A program made the position numbers and the translations under genes. A DNA stretch of 29,115 nucleotides from NCBI GenBank assembly GCA_947087145.1, contig CAMUBM010000001.1, positions 1 to 29,115 on the forward strand, read 5' to 3'. Below the pieces are notes generated by a model. The model saw only the letters and a program-made list of their open reading frames with translations, did not search any database and was not told the origin of the DNA. This DNA is from an uncultured Mycoplasmatota bacterium. GTDB taxonomy: Bacteria; Bacillota_I; Bacilli_A; RF39; UBA660. Shown one piece after another: positions 25,173-29,115 of this stretch. Position 1 is the stretch's first letter. Each line of letters starts with the position of its first letter.

Positions 25173-26381
25173 ATGGAATTACAAGAAAAATTAAAAATAT
25201 TAGCAGATAGTGCGAAATACGATGCTTCCTGTTCTTCGAGTGGAAGTAACAGAAAAAACGAGAAAGGAATTGGTAACACAGCAATTTCAGGAATTTGTCA
25301 TTCCTTTGCTTCCGATGGAAGATGCATTTCTCTTCTAAAAATTCTCATGACCAATTGTTGTATTTTTGATTGCAAATATTGTTTAAATCGCAAAAGTAAC
25401 AACGTCAAAAGAGCAATCTTTACTCCTGAGGAAATCTGTACCATTACCTTAAATTTTTACCGAAGAAACTACATCGAAGGATTATTTTTAAGTTCAGGAA
25501 TTGTGAAAAGTCCAGATTACACTATGGAACTTTTAATAAAAACCATTTCCTTATTGCGTCATAAATACCATTTCAATGGCTACATTCATGCCAAAGCAAT
25601 ACCAGGGTCTAGTCCCAAGTTATTAAAAGAATTAGGCTTTCTTGTAGATAGATTAAGTGCCAATATCGAACTTCCCACAGAAAATGGTCTTAAACTTTTA
25701 GCCCCCAATAAAGAAAGCAAAAATGTAAGAGAGATTATGGAATATGTGCAAAAAAAACATAGTAGAAACTATGCTCCAGCAGGACAAAGTACCCAAATGA
25801 TTATTGGTGCCACCAAAGAAACTGACTTAGAGATTATGAGTAAAAGTTCTAGTCTATACAATAACTACCAATTAAAACGAGTTTTCTATTCTGCTTATGT
25901 TCCAGTAAACAAAGACAATTTGCTACCAAGCCTAGAACACCCTCCTTTAGTAAGAGAAAATAGGCTTTACCAAGCCGACTGGCTACTTCGTTATTATGAT
26001 TTCAAAGTAACAGATTTATTAGACCAACAAAACCCCAACTTTAACATTTTATTAGATCCAAAAGCCGACTGGGCTCTAAGACATTTAGAAGAATTCCCAA
26101 AAGAAGTCAATACTTGTTCTTACTATGATTTACTAAAAATACCTGGGATTGGTGTCAAAAGTGCCAAAAGAATTATCGCTTCTCGCCATCATTTTACCAT
26201 TCATTTAGAAGACTTAAAACGAATGGGAGTGGTTTTAAAACGGGCCAAATATTTTATTTTGTGCAATGGAAAATACGTGACAAACAAAGAATTTTTTAAC
26301 AAAGATTTTATTGAAAAAAACGTAATCTTAGAAGAAAAAAGTGTTCTTACCACCAACAAAGAACAATTGAGGTTGTTTTAA
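25173..26381 (+). CDS. Putative DNA modification/repair radical SAM protein (TIGR03916-like)
   Basis: LADSAKYDASCSSSG, CIFDCKYC (CxxxCxxC), RENRLYQADWLLRYY, C-terminal HhH IPGIG. Start reassigned to ATG 25173 because the TTG at 25128 is the -35. Confidence 0.92.
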   Translation: MELQEKLKILADSAKYDASCSSSGSNRKNEKGIGNTAISGICHSFASDGRCISLLKILMTNCCIFDCKYCLNRKSNNVKRAIFTPEEICTITLNFYRRNYIEGLFLSSGIVKSPDYTMELLIKTISLLRHKYHFNGYIHAKAIPGSSPKLLKELGFLVDRLSANIELPTENGLKLLAPNKESKNVREIMEYVQKKHSRNYAPAGQSTQMIIGATKETDLEIMSKSSSLYNNYQLKRVFYSAYVPVNKDNLLPSLEHPPLVRENRLYQADWLLRYYDFKVTDLLDQQNPNFNILLDPKADWALRHLEEFPKEVNTCSYYDLLKIPGIGVKSAKRIIASRHHFTIHLEDLKRMGVVLKRAKYFILCNGKYVTNKEFFNKDFIEKNVILEEKSVLTTNKEQLRLF

Positions 26382-27128
26382 ATGAAAAATGTTTATATGT
26401 ATGATGGTGATTTTCTTTCTCTTTTAAATACCATAGTCTACTTATTAAAAAATCACTTACAAGTAGAAAATATAAAAAACGAAAACTATAACCCATCTCT
26501 TTTTGAAAATACCATACATTTATCCATTCCAAAACAAGAAATAATCATTGAACAGATAGTCTCTTCTTTTGGAAGTTTTGTATTACGTAGCATGTACGAT
26601 GTTTTTTTATCAGAAGAAGAAAACAAAGAAATCATTCTTTATTATTTTTTTCGTAATGCTTTAAAATATCGTCATAAAATCATGTACCATCGCAATTTAA
26701 AATGTGTAAGTGAAGTCTTGCGTATCTCTGCTTTTGTAAGACACGAAATCCATAAAATGAAAGGTTTTTTAAGATTTAAAGAACTTGAAAAAAACATTTT
26801 ATATGCGGAAATGGAACCAACAAATGACATTCTCTTTTTCCTTTCCCTTCACTTTAGGAAACGTTTAAAAAGTGAATTTTGGATTATAAAAGACAACAAA
26901 AGAAAAATACTAAGTATATATGATAAAAAGAAATTTGTAATTGTAAAAGAAGAAGAATTTCAACTACAGAATTTAAAAGAAAGTAAAGAAGAAAAAAACA
27001 TCAAAATCTTATGGAAAACATTTTACAAAACCATAGGCATTAAAGAAAGAAAAAATGACCGCTGTCGTAGGAACTTTATGCCGAAAAAATATTGGAAATA
27101 TATTACAGAAGTGAGTGAAGAACTATGA
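26382..27128 (+). CDS. DUF4130 / TIGR03915-like putative DNA metabolism protein
   Basis: YMYDGDF, HKMKGFLRF, EPTNDIL, LWKTFYKTIGIKERKN, MPKKYWKY; usual partner of the radical SAM gene. Confidence 0.9.
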   Translation: MKNVYMYDGDFLSLLNTIVYLLKNHLQVENIKNENYNPSLFENTIHLSIPKQEIIIEQIVSSFGSFVLRSMYDVFLSEEENKEIILYYFFRNALKYRHKIMYHRNLKCVSEVLRISAFVRHEIHKMKGFLRFKELEKNILYAEMEPTNDILFFLSLHFRKRLKSEFWIIKDNKRKILSIYDKKKFVIVKEEEFQLQNLKESKEEKNIKILWKTFYKTIGIKERKNDRCRRNFMPKKYWKYITEVSEEL

Positions 27129-28672
27129 AAAAAATAGTAAATGGAAAAGAACTGCAAGAAAAGATACTTGAAAGCATTCATACTTTATGTGGTACAGTAA
27201 AGGAAACTTTAGGACCCAAAGGAAACAATGTATTGATTGATCATTCTACTTTTTCTCCTTTTATCACAAATGATGGTGTAACCATTGCTAAAAACATTGA
27301 AAGCGATGATGAAACATTAGGGGCCATCCTAGAAATTATAAAAGAAGCCTCTATCAAAACCAATGAAGAAGTAGGAGATGGAACAACCACAACTTTAGTT
27401 CTACTAGAAAGTCTTTACGAACAAAGTATAGAATATGTGAATAAAGGAATAAGCCCTATTATCCTTAAAAAGGAACTAGAAGAAGTATTAGAAATCATAC
27501 TAAAAAAATTGCAAAATCAAAAAAGAAAAGCCACAAACAAAGACTTAAAAAATATTGCCATAATCTCTGCAGGAGACGAAACCTTAGGAACTCTTGCCTA
27601 TGAAGCAATCAATAAAGTAAAACAAAAAGAAGCCATAACCATAAAAGAAATACCAGAAAACAAAACCTTTGTCTCTTACCGAAAAGGATATACTTGTGAG
27701 ACTTCTCTTGTCTCTCCTTACTTTTTAAAAGATAAAAAAGTACTAATATATAAAGACGCTTACATCTTAATTATGAACACACCACTGACTGACTTAGAAA
27801 ATATTAGTTTTCTTTTAAATGATTGTTTGAAAACTAAAAAAGAGATTGCAATCATCGCAAATTATTATGACGAACAACTCGTGAGTGAACTTGTTTCACT
27901 TTCCTTAACAGAAGAGATAAATATTTGTCTTCTAAAAATAGAAGAATATGGTATGCATGTGTACGAAATTCTAAAAGATTTAGAAGCAATTACTGGAGCC
28001 AAAATAATAGAACAAGAAAACAACATAACGGCAAAAGATATCGGTAGAATAGAAAATATAGAAATCACAAAAGAAAAAGTAAGAGTTGATTTTAAAACGA
28101 CAGAGAGGATAAAAAATCATATAAAGAAATTAAAAGAAAAAGAAAACTTCAATGATTTAGAAAAAGAGTTCTATACAAATAGATTGGCAATGTTTTCAAA
28201 AGGAACGGCAGAAATCAAATTAGGGGCCCCAACCAAAACGGAACGAATAGAAAAAAGAATGCGTCTAGAAGATGCTTTATGTGCTCTATCTGTTTCTAAA
28301 GAGGGGATGGTACTAGGAGGAGGAATAAGTTTACTACAAATAGCTATGATATTAAATCAAAAAAATGATGCAAACCATATTTGGAAAATCACTCTAAAAA
28401 AACCATGGGAGCAAATTTTAAAGAATGCAGGCATTTTTCCAGAAATCATACAAAAACAAATAGAAAAAGAAGAATACAACACGATTTACAATGTTGCAAG
28501 TGATACTTGGGAGAGTAGTAGAAATACCAAAGTCATGGATCCCTTTTTAGTAGTAATGCATGCTTTAATAAACGCAACTTCTATAGCAGGAATGCTCCTT
28601 ACTACCACCAGTTTAATTATTAATGAATATAAAAACGATATCAATAAAGAAAGCGAATATAGCAATTGGTAG
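27125..28672 (+). CDS. Divergent group I chaperonin (GroEL/Cpn60 paralogue), 515 aa
   Basis: TLGPKG, ITNDGVTIAK, GDGTTT, SPYF, LGAPT...RLEDAL, GGG. No GGM tail and no adjacent groES. Confidence 0.88.
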   Translation: MKKIVNGKELQEKILESIHTLCGTVKETLGPKGNNVLIDHSTFSPFITNDGVTIAKNIESDDETLGAILEIIKEASIKTNEEVGDGTTTTLVLLESLYEQSIEYVNKGISPIILKKELEEVLEIILKKLQNQKRKATNKDLKNIAIISAGDETLGTLAYEAINKVKQKEAITIKEIPENKTFVSYRKGYTCETSLVSPYFLKDKKVLIYKDAYILIMNTPLTDLENISFLLNDCLKTKKEIAIIANYYDEQLVSELVSLSLTEEINICLLKIEEYGMHVYEILKDLEAITGAKIIEQENNITAKDIGRIENIEITKEKVRVDFKTTERIKNHIKKLKEKENFNDLEKEFYTNRLAMFSKGTAEIKLGAPTKTERIEKRMRLEDALCALSVSKEGMVLGGGISLLQIAMILNQKNDANHIWKITLKKPWEQILKNAGIFPEIIQKQIEKEEYNTIYNVASDTWESSRNTKVMDPFLVVMHALINATSIAGMLLTTTSLIINEYKNDINKESEYSNW

Positions 28673-28736
28673 TAGTAAAAAAATAGCATTGTTAAAATTA
28701 AGTCTAGGAATACTATTCGTATATTTTAAAATTAAA

Positions 28737-28767
28737 AAGGTTATTTCTAAAATAAAGAAATAGCCTT
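28737..28767 (+). terminator. Hairpin downstream of the chaperonin gene (possible terminator, weak U-tract)
   Basis: AAGGTTATTTCT / AGAAATAGCCTT with a 7-nt loop. Confidence 0.45.
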
Positions 28768-28850
28768 ATTTACATATAAAATAAACTAAACATACACATT
28801 GCTATTGATTGATGCGTATATTTTGTCTAAAATTAAAAAGGGGAATAAAA

Positions 28851-28991
28851 ATGTTATATACACATAGAGAATTACTAAAAACTTATAAATCAAATTACCT
28901 AATCGAAAAAGCAGTTAGAGAACAAAAAGCATTTAAAATTGAAAAAGGTATTTATTCTGATAAAAAATGTTCATTATTTAAAAATAATTAG
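28851..28991 (+). pseudogene. Truncated fragment resembling the N-terminal wHTH of AbiEi-type antitoxins/regulators
   Basis: MLYTHRELLKTYKSNYLIEKAV...FKIEKGIYS resembles the xRxxRGxY wing; stops after 46 aa. Recognised by eye only. Confidence 0.4.
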
Positions 28992-29070
28992 TTAGAATTG
29001 CCGATTGAAGATAGTGTTCTTCATCTATGTCTTTATTTATTGTTACCGAGTAATTTGAAAGGAGTTAAAA

Positions 29071-29115
29071 ATGAAAAAAATTTTAGTTGTTGATGATGAA
29101 GAAATGATAACAGAC
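29071..29115 (+). CDS. 5' end of a response regulator receiver domain, truncated by the window
   Basis: AGGAG RBS then MKKILVVDDEEMITD. Confidence 0.8.
   Translation, partial: MKKILVVDDEEMITD

Noticed and set aside
25084-25284. Two short minus-strand ORFs over the radical SAM promoter, and the TTG 25128 start
   Set aside because: They overlap the promoter and the 5' end of a conserved gene and have no RBS; the TTG is part of the -35 hexamer.
1-29115. CRISPR arrays, IS elements, prophage genes, rRNA/tRNA
   Set aside because: No regularly spaced repeats, transposase, integrase or phage structural motifs, or structural RNA signatures found by eye.

Overview
Strongly AT-rich chromosomal window from a low-GC Firmicute (Bacilli-like; TGA and TAG both act as stops, so genetic code 11). 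No rRNA, tRNA, CRISPR array, transposase or integrase was seen. Gene content left to right: tex; asnB; tspO broken by one amber codon; a 6.5-kb cluster of base-excision and nucleotide house-cleaning enzymes (atypical UDG, NUDIX, GNAT, ASCH, HhH glycosylase coupled to a queuosine-salvage QNG1 homologue, HAD, MazG, CYTH, GIY-YIG); capA-like; a PAP2/NAGPA/GT2-GtrA envelope operon; a Bce-type ABC transporter plus two-component system; a lipoprotein-MBOAT-DHHW O-acylation trio; an XRE regulator; and a probably SOS-controlled radical SAM-DUF4130 operon ending in a divergent GroEL paralogue with no adjacent GroES. The main find is absent from the ORF track. Two homologous ~300-350 bp intergenic elements (4150-4500 and 16821-17126, inverted relative to each other) each carry a sigma-A promoter, a structured leader, a short hydrophobic peptide ORF (MKKDS...L[R/K]LI, 28 and 20 aa) and a convergent antisense sRNA. 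This is the architecture of a type I toxin-antitoxin system, but I do not recognise the peptide family. All calls are by eye, without database searches.
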